Counted from the first letter of the stretch, positions 1-8,890 are shown. The stretch is DNA of 64,000 nucleotides from Nevskiaceae bacterium (GCA_018883185.1 VEQP01000007.1:11199-75198); one strand, 5' to 3'. Notes: a model not told the origin generated them from the letters alone. Program-made: numbers and translations.

Positions 1-86
1 GAGTGCTATACGCCATCCAGCGTGGTGGCATCGTCAAGGTCGGCTTCATTACCGAACCGGATCGCGGTATCCGCGGTTCGCGCTGA
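1..86 (+). CDS. exbD: ExbD/TolR-family protein, 3' end only (gene starts upstream of the window)
   Basis: The frame containing nt 3 reads ...VLYAIQRGGIVKVGFITEPDRGIRGSR and ends at TGA 84-86. A KVGF(I/V)TE-type ending is typical of ExbD C-termini. A complete exbD follows 18 nt later. The ORF is absent from the ORF track because it has no start in the window. Confidence 0.5.
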   Translation, partial: VLYAIQRGGIVKVGFITEPDRGIRGSR

Positions 87-104
87 GTTCAGGGGTAAGC
101 AACC

Positions 105-527
105 ATGGGAATGAGTGTAGGCAGTAGCAACGATGGGGCGATGTGTGACATCAACACAACGCCGCTCATCGACGTCATGCTTGTGTTGCTCATCATGTTC
201 ATCATCACCATCCCGGTGATGACGCACGCGGTGAAGCTCGACATGCCGCGTCCGACCAACGCGCCGCCACCGCCGGTGCAGCCGGAAGTCATCGATATCG
301 AAATCGATTTCGACGGCACCATCGTGTGGAACGGCACGCCGATCTCGGATGTGGCGGTTCTCGAGAAGTACTTCCGAGTCGAGGGTCAGAAAGATCCACA
401 GCCGGAATTGCACCTTCGCCCTGACAAGCGCGCCAAGTACGACACCGTCGCCAAGGTGCTCGCTTCCGCGCAGCGCAACCGTATGAAGAAGATCGGTTTC
501 GTGAACGTGTCGGAGTTCCAGGACTGA
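105..527 (+). CDS. exbD: ExbD/TolR biopolymer transport protein
   Basis: 140 aa. The N-terminal motif INTTPLIDVMLVLLIMFIITIP is the ExbD single-TM signature. AGGGG Shine-Dalgarno lies 9 nt upstream of ATG 105. Confidence 0.85.
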   Translation: MGMSVGSSNDGAMCDINTTPLIDVMLVLLIMFIITIPVMTHAVKLDMPRPTNAPPPPVQPEVIDIEIDFDGTIVWNGTPISDVAVLEKYFRVEGQKDPQPELHLRPDKRAKYDTVAKVLASAQRNRMKKIGFVNVSEFQD

Positions 528-565
528 GGCGCGTGATCGCGTGTTGATCCTGTAAGGCCCAATCC

Positions 566-602
566 CTCGCCGCACTCCTGATGGATGCGGCGAGTTTTTT
601 TT
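566..602 (+). terminator. Rho-independent terminator after exbD
   Basis: 8-bp stem CTCGCCGC (566-573) / GCGGCGAG (587-594) followed by 8 T (595-602). Confidence 0.7.
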
Positions 603-648
603 AGGTGTTCCACTGAGGCCGTCTCGGCCACGCTCGAAGAGGAAAGTC

Positions 649-1851
649 ATGAGGAAGTCAGTCGGATACGTCGCGCTCGTCGCTGCTGCTTTGGCTTTGT
701 CGATGGGCTCTGTCGCCCGCGCGGAAAAGGTCAGCCCGGCGATCGCCAAGACCCTGCAGGCCGCGCAGAATGCGAGCAAGGCGCGCAAGTGGGGCGAGTG
801 CCTCTCGAACCTGCGCACCGCCGAGGCCGCAGGTGGCAAGACCGCCTACGATAGTTTCATCATCAACGAGCTGACAGCCTTCTGTGCCTTGAGCTCGAAC
901 GATATCGCTTCGGCCACCAGAGCCTACGAGGCGAATCTCAACTCGCCGTTTGCCGCCGATAAAATTGCCCAGCGCACCCGCGATCTGACGAAGATTTATT
1001 TCAATGCGCGCAACTACGCCAAGACCGTCGAGCTCGGCAAGAGCGCGATCAAGTCTGGATACGCTGACGCGGACACTTACCTCGTGGTTTCGCAGTCCTA
1101 CTACCAGCAGAACGATTTCAAAAATGCCCGTGATTTCGTCGGCAGCTGGATCCGCGATCAAGAAAAGCGTGGTCAACGCCCTAAGGAAAATGCCATCCAG
1201 ATTTACGTTACCTCGTGCATGCGCTTGAAAGACGAGGCCTGCACGGCGGCGGGTTTCGAGAAGCTCGTGACTTACTACCCGAATCCGGCCGGTTGGGCGA
1301 ACCTCATGCAGTCGTTGTTCGAGGCGCGCAACGATGCGGCCGCATTCAACGCCTATCGCTTGGCCACCGACGTCGGTGCCATGCGGCGCGCCGATGACTA
1401 CACGGAGATGGCGCAGCGGGCCATCGAGAAGGGCTTGCCGGGCGAGGCCCAAAAGACGCTCGAGGCGGCGTTTGCTGCCAAGGTCTTTACGGAGAAGCGT
1501 GACATCGATCGCAACCAGCGCCTGCTCAACTCCGCCAAGGAGCGAGCCGCAGCGGACCGCGCCAGCCTGCCTAAGCAGGATCGCGATGCGGCGGCGAACA
1601 AGAGCGCCGATGCAGACCTTCGTGTCGGCCAAGCGTACATGAGCTACGGGCAGTATCCGCAAGCCGTGGCCGCATTGCAGCGAGGCATCGCCAAGGGTAC
1701 GGCGACGGACCCTGCCGAGGCGCAACTCGTACTCGGCATCGCACAGCTGCGGGGCGGAAACAAGGCCGAGGCCGCCAAGGCGTTCCGCGCAGTGAAGGGC
1801 GATCAGGACATGCAACGCATCGCCAAGTTGTGGAGCCTGCGAGCGCAATAG
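649..1851 (+). CDS. Secreted TPR-repeat protein (paralogue A)
   Basis: 400 aa. Signal-peptide-like N-terminus (VALVAAALALSMGSVARAEK). Helical repeat composition. GAGGAAAG SD before ATG 649. Colinear paralogue of 1909-3132. Confidence 0.7.
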   Translation: MRKSVGYVALVAAALALSMGSVARAEKVSPAIAKTLQAAQNASKARKWGECLSNLRTAEAAGGKTAYDSFIINELTAFCALSSNDIASATRAYEANLNSPFAADKIAQRTRDLTKIYFNARNYAKTVELGKSAIKSGYADADTYLVVSQSYYQQNDFKNARDFVGSWIRDQEKRGQRPKENAIQIYVTSCMRLKDEACTAAGFEKLVTYYPNPAGWANLMQSLFEARNDAAAFNAYRLATDVGAMRRADDYTEMAQRAIEKGLPGEAQKTLEAAFAAKVFTEKRDIDRNQRLLNSAKERAAADRASLPKQDRDAAANKSADADLRVGQAYMSYGQYPQAVAALQRGIAKGTATDPAEAQLVLGIAQLRGGNKAEAAKAFRAVKGDQDMQRIAKLWSLRAQ

Positions 1852-1908
1852 AGCGATCGAGCCCAACCCAGCGCTCACCAGTGTTAAGTGTTTCGGGGGT
1901 TATTCGTC

Positions 1909-3132
1909 ATGCGTAATACGTTGATTACCGCTGCGGTTCTTGCAATCCTGGCCAATGCCCCTGAGGCATTGGCCCAGAAGGCCAAAGAGGCTGCTCCCAA
2001 GCCGCCGTCCATCACCAAGGTGGTCGGTAAGCAGGTCAAGGCCGCGCAGGATGCCATCAAGGGCGAAAAGTGGGCTGACTGCGTTGCCAGCCTCAAGTCC
2101 ACCGAGGCATTGCCCGGTCAGTCGCCGTACGATGTATTCGCCGTCAACGAGTTGCTCGGGTTCTGCTCTGCGCGCGCAGGCGATACAGCCGGTGCGGCCA
2201 AGTCGTTTGAAATCGGTCTGGAAGCAGGGTTTATCGAGCCCTCGCAGCTTGTCATGCGCTACAAGCAGCTGCTGCAGCTGCATTACAACCTCAAGAACTA
2301 CGTAAAGGCTGTGGACTACGGTCGTCGGGCCATTGCGGCAGGCAATACCGAGGAGCCCGTGTCTCTGTTGGTCGCACAATCGCTCTACCTGCTCAATGAC
2401 TACAAGGGCACCGTGGAGTTCGTGCAAACCTGGCTTGCGGGATCTGAGCAGCGCGGAGAGACCCCGCCAGACATTGGCTTGCAACTGTATGTCAGCGCCT
2501 GCTCGCGCCTCGATGACGGTGCGTGCACTTTGCGTGCACTCGAGAAGCAGGCGGCCTACCACCCGAAGGCGGAGACTTGGCCCAATATCGCCTTACTGCT
2601 GCTGCGCTCAGGCACAGAGGCCAATACCTTGAACGTATTCCGCCTCTCGAATGAAGCGGGCGGACTGCGGCGGGCGGACGACTACACCGAGATGGCCCAA
2701 CTGGCCATCGAGAAGGGGCTCCCGGGGGAGGCGCAGTCGGTGCTCGAGGCTGGTCTTGCCAACGGCACAATTGCCACAGGACCAGCCGCGGATTTGGCGA
2801 AGCGCCTGCTCGGTACGGCCAAGGCTCAGGCCGCGGCTGACAAGCCGACGCTCCTCAAGCAAGACGCTGAGGCGGCCGCCAAAAAGAACGGTGAAATCGA
2901 TTCAAGGATCGGCCTTGCCCATTTGAGTTACGGCGACAACGAACGCGCCATCGCCGCGCTGCAGCGCGCACTGGAGAAGGGCAACGCGCGCAATCCGGAC
3001 GAAACGCGCCTGAACCTCGGGATCGCGCAACTGCGTGCGGGTCAGAAGGAGGCCGCGTTGGCCTCCTTCGGTGCCGTGAAGGGCGAAGAGTTGCAGCGCT
3101 TGGCCCGCCTCTGGAGCCTGCGCGCTCGATAA
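1909..3132 (+). CDS. Secreted TPR-repeat protein (paralogue B)
   Basis: ORF 1888-3132. I prefer ATG 1909 (MRNTLITAAVLAILANAPEALAQ signal peptide, GGGGG SD about 10 nt upstream). It shares blocks such as RRADDYTEMAQ.AIEKGLPGEAQ and a C-terminal LWSLRA(Q/R) with 649-1851. Confidence 0.7.
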   Translation: MRNTLITAAVLAILANAPEALAQKAKEAAPKPPSITKVVGKQVKAAQDAIKGEKWADCVASLKSTEALPGQSPYDVFAVNELLGFCSARAGDTAGAAKSFEIGLEAGFIEPSQLVMRYKQLLQLHYNLKNYVKAVDYGRRAIAAGNTEEPVSLLVAQSLYLLNDYKGTVEFVQTWLAGSEQRGETPPDIGLQLYVSACSRLDDGACTLRALEKQAAYHPKAETWPNIALLLLRSGTEANTLNVFRLSNEAGGLRRADDYTEMAQLAIEKGLPGEAQSVLEAGLANGTIATGPAADLAKRLLGTAKAQAAADKPTLLKQDAEAAAKKNGEIDSRIGLAHLSYGDNERAIAALQRALEKGNARNPDETRLNLGIAQLRAGQKEAALASFGAVKGEELQRLARLWSLRAR

Positions 3133-3172
3133 GCGCGCCAGTGCCTCCTGTTCGGACCTCGCAGCTCGGAGC

Positions 3173-4057
3173 CTAACTCGTTGATGTCTCGTCCCGCACG
3201 ATGACGCGTCGGGCGGGACTGACGATTGCCAGAACCACCACGATCACGAGAGCGGCCGTGACCAGCGACAGCTCGAGGGCATACTGCGAGGGCTTCACCC
3301 AAATCTCGTCGAGGTGACCCCACTTCTCGAGTATCTCGTTCACATTCCACGCGATGATGGCGGTCGGAATGGCATAGCGGAGGGCAGGGGCCATTCGCTG
3401 GAACCACCACAAACGTTGGATCAGATACACCGCCCAGACGCCAAACATGATGCATGAGGCGAAGGTGACCCAGTGATCGGTGCCGAAGATATCGGGGTTA
3501 TAGATCGTCAGCAGGTAGATATAAAAAAACCAGGTGACGTAGATCGTCTCCATCGCAACGATCGAGGCCACGTTGCGACTGATCGCTGAGGTTTTCTCGC
3601 CGAGATCGAGCCGCAAGTGGCGGTGCAGCCACATGAAGGCGTTGCAGCGCGTGTCGCGGTTGAAAAAGAAAAATACCAGCGTCGCAAACATGACGCCCAC
3701 GGAAGAGAGCATCACACGGTACTCGGGCAGAGTGGGCTTGGCGCCCCAGATCGCCGGCGCCACCTGAAGATCGCGGGCCACCCACACGAAACTGAACTCG
3801 ATCCAAGACAACCAGATTAGACTGCCGCCGCCGAACCCCAGCAGCGTCGCGGCATTCTCACTTTTGTTACGGCCGATATAGACCATAACGAGTCCGACAA
3901 CGCCGATCCAGAATGCGGCCATCAGATCGTGACCTGGAAACCAGGCGTGCTGCATCTGGTGCATGACGAAATGCCCCATGCCTTGCCAGAAGTACACGAT
4001 GATCACGGCGAGGATCGCCGGTAATGGCGCTTGATAGTATTTTTTGAAGCCGCTCAT
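3173..4057 (-). CDS. Polytopic inner-membrane protein, unknown function
   Basis: 294 aa, aromatic-rich, with multiple hydrophobic segments. AAGGGGTGGG SD before ATG 4057. Last gene of the minus-strand array 8890 to 3173. Confidence 0.6.
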   Translation of the reverse strand: MSGFKKYYQAPLPAILAVIIVYFWQGMGHFVMHQMQHAWFPGHDLMAAFWIGVVGLVMVYIGRNKSENAATLLGFGGGSLIWLSWIEFSFVWVARDLQVAPAIWGAKPTLPEYRVMLSSVGVMFATLVFFFFNRDTRCNAFMWLHRHLRLDLGEKTSAISRNVASIVAMETIYVTWFFYIYLLTIYNPDIFGTDHWVTFASCIMFGVWAVYLIQRLWWFQRMAPALRYAIPTAIIAWNVNEILEKWGHLDEIWVKPSQYALELSLVTAALVIVVVLAIVSPARRVIVRDETSTS

Positions 4058-4094
4058 GTCCCACCCCTTGAGGCCCTTCCGCCTCGTTTTCGAA

Positions 4095-4532
4095 TTATTC
4101 TTCGACTGCTGCGATCACCTCGCGCTCGGACACGGGCATTCCGCGCCCGGTGGCCTCGGCGAGTTCTGCCTCGGCCGCACGCATCATTCGTTCGACGAAG
4201 GCCGCCCGCCGCGCCCCACGCGCAGCCGCGGCTTTTGCATCGCCCACCCACCCGTCGATTTGCGACTGTGAAACCAATCGCTTGCGATCGAGCAGTCGCT
4301 CGAGCACATCAAGCCGGTCACGGGTGACGGACAGTTCTTCCATCAGCGTCAGCGTCATCCACAATAATTTATCGGTCGCGGGATCGGCGAAGTAGCGCGG
4401 TTTGCGCCCCTTGGCGACGCGTGCCAGGCGCGGGGACGCGATCGGCGGTGACCGGCGCTTTCGGCCGCCGGGGCTCTTCGCAGTCTTCGACGCGGTGACT
4501 TTTCGAGTTGCTTTGCGGACTGATTTGGGCAT
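4095..4532 (-). CDS. Small basic-leader coiled-coil protein, unrecognised family (copy S1)
   Basis: 145 aa. K/R-rich N-terminus, then the conserved core RYFADPATDKLLWMTLTLMEELSVTRDRLDVLERLL, shared with 5777-6115 and 43906-44232. The ATG lies 13 nt after the methyltransferase stop. Confidence 0.65.
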   Translation of the reverse strand: MPKSVRKATRKVTASKTAKSPGGRKRRSPPIASPRLARVAKGRKPRYFADPATDKLLWMTLTLMEELSVTRDRLDVLERLLDRKRLVSQSQIDGWVGDAKAAAARGARRAAFVERMMRAAEAELAEATGRGMPVSEREVIAAVEE

Positions 4533-4545
4533 GGTGTTTACGACC

Positions 4546-5727
4546 TCAGCGCTTGAACGCGGCGAGAATCTTCCAGAAGAAGTGTTCGGCGTAGTTCATC
4601 TGCGCCACATCGAGCTTCGGCGCGAACTCGTCGACCAACACCGCCTCCGGGGAAAATCCTGCTTTGATCGCCTCGGCCTTCAGGTCGATGTCCGTCATGT
4701 AGCGACTGAAGGTCTCGTTGTTGTTGTAGCTTTCCCAGTTGTGCATGAATTTTTCGATATCGGTGCGGCCGCGCGGAATCTCGAGATGCAACATGAGACC
4801 ACCGGGCTTGAGGAGGCGGCGGCACTCCGTCAGCACGCGCGTGAGCGCGGACTTTGAGGTTTCGTGCAACATGATGTGTGACACGACAAGATCAAAGCTG
4901 GCATCGGCAAAGTCCGTCTGCTCGGCATTCTGCTGGCTGAAGTCCACAGCAACGCCGAGTGCCTGTGCGCGCGCGTGCGCATAGCGCAGCACGGGTGCAC
5001 CGACGTCGATACCTTGCACGCGCGCTGTGGGGAAGGCACGCGCCCAGACCACGGTGCTGTTGCCGATCGCACAACCGACATCGAGGATGGCACGCGGCTT
5101 CAGGCTCGAGTGCTTCTCGCGAACATAGGCAAGCAGGGTGTCGCCCATGAGGTTGTTTTCCTCACCGAGCGCACCTCCCATGTACAGGTTGATGCCCTTG
5201 TCGTAGACGGCACCGGCGGCGACGTCGTCCGCCGTGAAATCTGTGTGGTAGCCCCCCGGTTGCAGGTGGATGTCTGCCGCCGTGTGGTATTTCGGTACCG
5301 TCAGCGCCGGGTCAAGGCGCAGCGTGCCGCGGCGACCGCGGGCGTTTTTGCCACCTCGAGGCGCCTTAGCGCCGACAGCCCGCTTGCTTAGCTTGCGCGC
5401 GCGATCGATCAACGCGGGCAATTGACGCTCGGTGGGGTCGATCACCGACTCCCACAGCAACTCCTGACTGCGTCGCTGGGCGGCGCTCCAAAATTGGTAG
5501 TAGGGGTCCTGAGTCATGGCCTGACGGACCTCTTGCTCGTCCTTCGGGGCCCTTCCATGCTTGGCGCGAAACGCAGGCTCGACACGGGCGGCGTACACTT
5601 GATAGGTGCCCGGCATCAGTCGGCCGGATAAATGCCCGCGCAGCGCAGCGACAAAGTCTTGGCGGGCTTGCTCGTCATGCGTGGTCTGCGGGACCATCGG
5701 GTGCTGTTTGAACGCCGGCATGAACAC
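4546..5727 (-). CDS. Class I SAM-dependent methyltransferase with about 190-aa N-terminal extension (paralogue 1)
   Basis: 393 aa. Motif I is LDVGCAIGN. Downstream motifs are FDLVVSHIMLHE and LLKPGG. Full-length paralogue of 33789-34994. The start is GTG 5727 or ATG 5721. Confidence 0.8.
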   Translation of the reverse strand: MFMPAFKQHPMVPQTTHDEQARQDFVAALRGHLSGRLMPGTYQVYAARVEPAFRAKHGRAPKDEQEVRQAMTQDPYYQFWSAAQRRSQELLWESVIDPTERQLPALIDRARKLSKRAVGAKAPRGGKNARGRRGTLRLDPALTVPKYHTAADIHLQPGGYHTDFTADDVAAGAVYDKGINLYMGGALGEENNLMGDTLLAYVREKHSSLKPRAILDVGCAIGNSTVVWARAFPTARVQGIDVGAPVLRYAHARAQALGVAVDFSQQNAEQTDFADASFDLVVSHIMLHETSKSALTRVLTECRRLLKPGGLMLHLEIPRGRTDIEKFMHNWESYNNNETFSRYMTDIDLKAEAIKAGFSPEAVLVDEFAPKLDVAQMNYAEHFFWKILAAFKR

Positions 5728-5776
5728 CTCAGGGTAGATCTATGCCCGCATCGTATCGAGAGCGCGCAGACTCCCG

Positions 5777-6115
5777 TCAGTCGCTCGGCGACGTGTCCGA
5801 AAGGTGGTTGGCTCGAGCAATACGTTGCTCGCGAAACTCGCGGAAGGGGCGCAGTAGCCGCTCAGCGAGTTCGGCGCGTTGACGTTGGCGCTCCGCGCTG
5901 ACCGACTCATCGGGCTGGTAATTGCGAATGGCCTCGCGACTGAGGCCACTCTCGGTCTCCAGCAATCGTTCCAGTGTGTCGATCCGCTCGAACGCGACCG
6001 ACAGTTCCGTTGCAAGGGTCACGTAAGCCGCGTAGAGCTGATCGACGGCAGGATCGTCGAAAATCTGCGGCCGATGACCTTTGGCGCCCCGGGGCGGCTC
6101 TTGCGCCGCAGACAA
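5777..6115 (-). CDS. Small coiled-coil protein, unrecognised family (copy S2)
   Basis: 112 aa. Core is QIFDDPAVDQLYAAYVTLATELSVAFERIDTLERLL. The only possible start before the conserved core is TTG 6115, which directly abuts the TGA (6116-6118) of the upstream VOC gene. Confidence 0.6.
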   Translation of the reverse strand: MSAAQEPPRGAKGHRPQIFDDPAVDQLYAAYVTLATELSVAFERIDTLERLLETESGLSREAIRNYQPDESVSAERQRQRAELAERLLRPFREFREQRIARANHLSDTSPSD

Positions 6116-7009
6116 TCAGGCGGCTCCTTCGATGAGTTCAATCCATTCCCCGCCAGGACCGACGCAAACGCCAGCCTTGCGTCCATGGTAGGGCGCAACA
6201 GGCAGGGCCTTCGGTGGCGCTAGCCATTCGACGGTTTTTGGCAACTCGCGGACGCCGAAACTCACCATCGAAATCGCGGGCGGCAACTCGCCCTCGCGCG
6301 CGACCCGCGGACGGGTGCTGGGCGGCATGTGGTCTGCCTCGATGAACGACTGACCCTGCAGCGCGATGGCCGCCAGATCATGTTTACTGTCGGGCGGCAG
6401 TCCCTGCGCATTGGACAGTACAGTGATTACCGAAGGCACGACCGGTGCTTTGGCGGTGTTGAAATGCTGATGGTAAAAATCGTTGAGCACCGCACAGGAC
6501 GGACCGCCCAAAATCACGATGAAGACGCGATCGACGTAGTGCTTGGGATCCGGAGTGTCAAACTCGGGGAGTTTTTCTTTGAACGAGGTGAGATAGATCG
6601 ATTCACCAGCGGGGCCGAGCGCCTGCATCGCGCGGATCTTGTCGGAGAACGATAAATCAGCCGGCGGTCCGATGATTTTGAAGGGTGAGTCGACCAGACG
6701 CGCGGCGATGCCGTCGGTATCCTGCACCATCAGCTCGGCTGCATTCCAACCCATGTGCTGGAAGGGTACATAGTCGACGGCCGGCTTGCTCTCGATGAAG
6801 CGAAAGAAGGTGTGCCCCTCGCCACCCGGCAACATCAGCGCGTAGCGACGGCCGACGAGGCCCGGCAAATTCCAGATCTCCGCTTGAGCCGACGAGACCC
6901 GCCCGTGATCGACGAGCTCGTAGCCAAGATAAAGATGGTAGCTGTCGATCATGTGCTGCAAATCCGGTGCAGCGACGGTGACGCAGGAAATCGGACCAAT
7001 GCTCGGCAT
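6116..7009 (-). CDS. Two-domain VOC/glyoxalase-superfamily protein (paralogue 1)
   Basis: ORF 6116-7102. I prefer ATG 7009 (MPSIGPISCVTV...), 10 nt after the upstream stop and preceded by GAGGGG. Colinear with 37270-38172. The family call comes from size and fold-like pattern only. Confidence 0.6.
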   Translation of the reverse strand: MPSIGPISCVTVAAPDLQHMIDSYHLYLGYELVDHGRVSSAQAEIWNLPGLVGRRYALMLPGGEGHTFFRFIESKPAVDYVPFQHMGWNAAELMVQDTDGIAARLVDSPFKIIGPPADLSFSDKIRAMQALGPAGESIYLTSFKEKLPEFDTPDPKHYVDRVFIVILGGPSCAVLNDFYHQHFNTAKAPVVPSVITVLSNAQGLPPDSKHDLAAIALQGQSFIEADHMPPSTRPRVAREGELPPAISMVSFGVRELPKTVEWLAPPKALPVAPYHGRKAGVCVGPGGEWIELIEGAA

Positions 7010-7019
7010 GCTCAACCCC

Positions 7020-7664
7020 TCAGCTGCGCGGCGGCAGCGATTGCAGATAGCGCAGGGCGTCGGCGAGGTGAATGACCTCGGCGTACTTCGCCTGCAGATC
7101 AAACAGATTGGCTTCGTGCGGCCCCGGCGCCCGATCGCCCACCGCCTCGCGAACTACGAGCGGAACGAAGCCGTGCTGCACGCAATCGACGGCACTGGCA
7201 CGTACGCAGCCGCTCGTCGAAAGACCGGCAATCAGCACACTGTCGACACCGAGTGAAGTCAGCGTCGAAGCGAGCGAGGTGCCGAAGAACGCACTCGCAT
7301 ATTGCTTCGAGATCACGGTCTCGCCGGCAAGCGGTTCAAGACCTTCGGCGAAGGCCGCAAGCTCCGGGTGGGCGCCTGCTTCGAAGCATTTGAGCGCCGG
7401 AACTTTCCGAAAAAACACGCCCCCGTCGCGCCCACCGGGCTGGTAGAGCACGTTGGTGTGCACAATCGGTATGCCTGCGGCGCGTGCGGCACGCAGCAAG
7501 GTCTCGCAATCGGCTCTCGCTTGCTCGACCCCGGCATAGAGCGGCGAGCTGGGTTCAAGATAGGCGCGGACGAAATCGATAATTAGCAAAGCGGGACGTT
7601 GCCCCGGCTGCAACGCCTTGCCAAACCCACCGCGCGCATAGTTCTCGGAGAGGGACTCAGACAC
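7020..7664 (-). CDS. Isochorismatase-family cysteine hydrolase (N-carbamoylsarcosine amidase-like)
   Basis: 214 aa. PALLIIDF block and catalytic-Cys block GLSTSGCVRAS. GTG start at 7664. Confidence 0.75.
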   Translation of the reverse strand: MSESLSENYARGGFGKALQPGQRPALLIIDFVRAYLEPSSPLYAGVEQARADCETLLRAARAAGIPIVHTNVLYQPGGRDGGVFFRKVPALKCFEAGAHPELAAFAEGLEPLAGETVISKQYASAFFGTSLASTLTSLGVDSVLIAGLSTSGCVRASAVDCVQHGFVPLVVREAVGDRAPGPHEANLFDLQAKYAEVIHLADALRYLQSLPPRS

Positions 7665-7675
7665 GGCGGCGGCGC

Positions 7676-8890
7676 TCAGATGACCTTGGCAGCGCGCAAT
7701 GCGGCGAGCCGCGCGGCGTCGTAGCCCAGCAGGCGCGAGAAGACCTCGTCGTTGTGCTCGCCGAGTTCGGTTGGCGCTGAGCTGCGAATGCCGCCCGGCG
7801 ACTCCGACAACTTCGGCGCCACGTTCTGCATACGCAGTTCACCGAAGTAGGGATGCTGCGTCTTGACGATGGCCTCGCGAGCCTTGAAATGCGGGTCTTC
7901 GAGCATCTCAGGCGCACGGTAGATTTGACCCGACGGAACACCGAATTTATCCATGAGGTCCAAGACCTCGCGAGTGGTCAGGGTTTGTGTCCAGGCCTCG
8001 ATGAGCCCATCGAGCAACTTTTGGTTGGCGCCGCGAGCCTGGTGGTTAACAAAACGCGCGTCCTTCGGCCACTCGGGCTGCCCCATGGCTTCGCACAGGC
8101 GGCCAAATACCGTGTCCTGGTTACCGGCGATCAGTACGAGACCATCGCTGGTCTTGTAGACGTTCGATGGCGCCACGTTCGGCAGGATGGCGCCGGTGCG
8201 CTCGCGGATGTAGCCCGTCTTGTCGAATTCGGTGACCAGCGATTCCATCATCGCGAGTACCGCCTCGTAGATCGCCGAGTCGACGATCTGGCCGCGGCCG
8301 GTCTTCTCGCGATAGTGCAACGCCGAGAGCGCGCCCAAGCAGGCGAAGGTGGCCGCCAACTCGTCACCGATGCTGATGCCCATCCGGGACGGCGGAGTCG
8401 AGGGGTCGCCGCACACATAGCGCAAGCCACCCATGGCTTCACCGATGGCACCGAACCCGGCCTGGTGGGAGTAAGGGCCGGTCTGGCCGTAGCCCGAGAC
8501 GCGAATCATGATGAGCTTCGGATTGATCTTCGACAGCTCCTCGTAACCGCAGCCCCATTTTTCCATCGTACCTGGTCGAAAGTTCTCAAGTACGAAGTCA
8601 GCACTTTTAACTAACTCCTTGAAAACACTCTGTCCTTCAGCCTGTCGCATGTCTAGGGTGATGGCCTTCTTGTTACGCGCCACCACCGGCCACCACAGCG
8701 ACGGCTCGCCGGCCTTTTGACGCCCCCACGCACGCATCGGATCGCCCTGACCGGGCGGTTCGATCTTGATGACCTCGGCGCCCATGTCACCCAGCAGTTG
8801 GCCGCAAAAGGGCCCCGCGAGCAACGTGCCAAGCTCGAGCACGCGCAGGTCGGACAAGGGGCCACGCTTAAATTGGGGGTCGGCGGTCAT
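7676..8890 (-). CDS. Family III CoA-transferase (CaiB/BaiF type)
   Basis: ORF 7676-8938. ATG 8890 is preferred (GAGAGG SD). The N-terminal LSDLRVLELGTLLAGPFCGQLLGDMGAEVIKIEPP is the family III signature. Confidence 0.85.
   Translation of the reverse strand: MTADPQFKRGPLSDLRVLELGTLLAGPFCGQLLGDMGAEVIKIEPPGQGDPMRAWGRQKAGEPSLWWPVVARNKKAITLDMRQAEGQSVFKELVKSADFVLENFRPGTMEKWGCGYEELSKINPKLIMIRVSGYGQTGPYSHQAGFGAIGEAMGGLRYVCGDPSTPPSRMGISIGDELAATFACLGALSALHYREKTGRGQIVDSAIYEAVLAMMESLVTEFDKTGYIRERTGAILPNVAPSNVYKTSDGLVLIAGNQDTVFGRLCEAMGQPEWPKDARFVNHQARGANQKLLDGLIEAWTQTLTTREVLDLMDKFGVPSGQIYRAPEMLEDPHFKAREAIVKTQHPYFGELRMQNVAPKLSESPGGIRSSAPTELGEHNDEVFSRLLGYDAARLAALRAAKVI

Noticed and set aside
6-1878. 277-aa and 406-aa minus-strand ORFs (6-839 and 658-1878) opposite exbD and the first TPR gene.
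   Set aside because: They are shadow ORFs opposite genes with clear signatures (ExbD TM motif, signal peptide plus paralogy), and they have no motifs of their own.
4546-7009. Idea that the methyltransferase plus VOC pair is an ArsM/ArsI-like organoarsenical system.
   Set aside because: The methyltransferase lacks the conserved cysteine set expected for ArsM (it has only two scattered Cys). The VOC protein is a roughly 300-aa two-domain form rather than the short ArsI type. There are no ars genes nearby.
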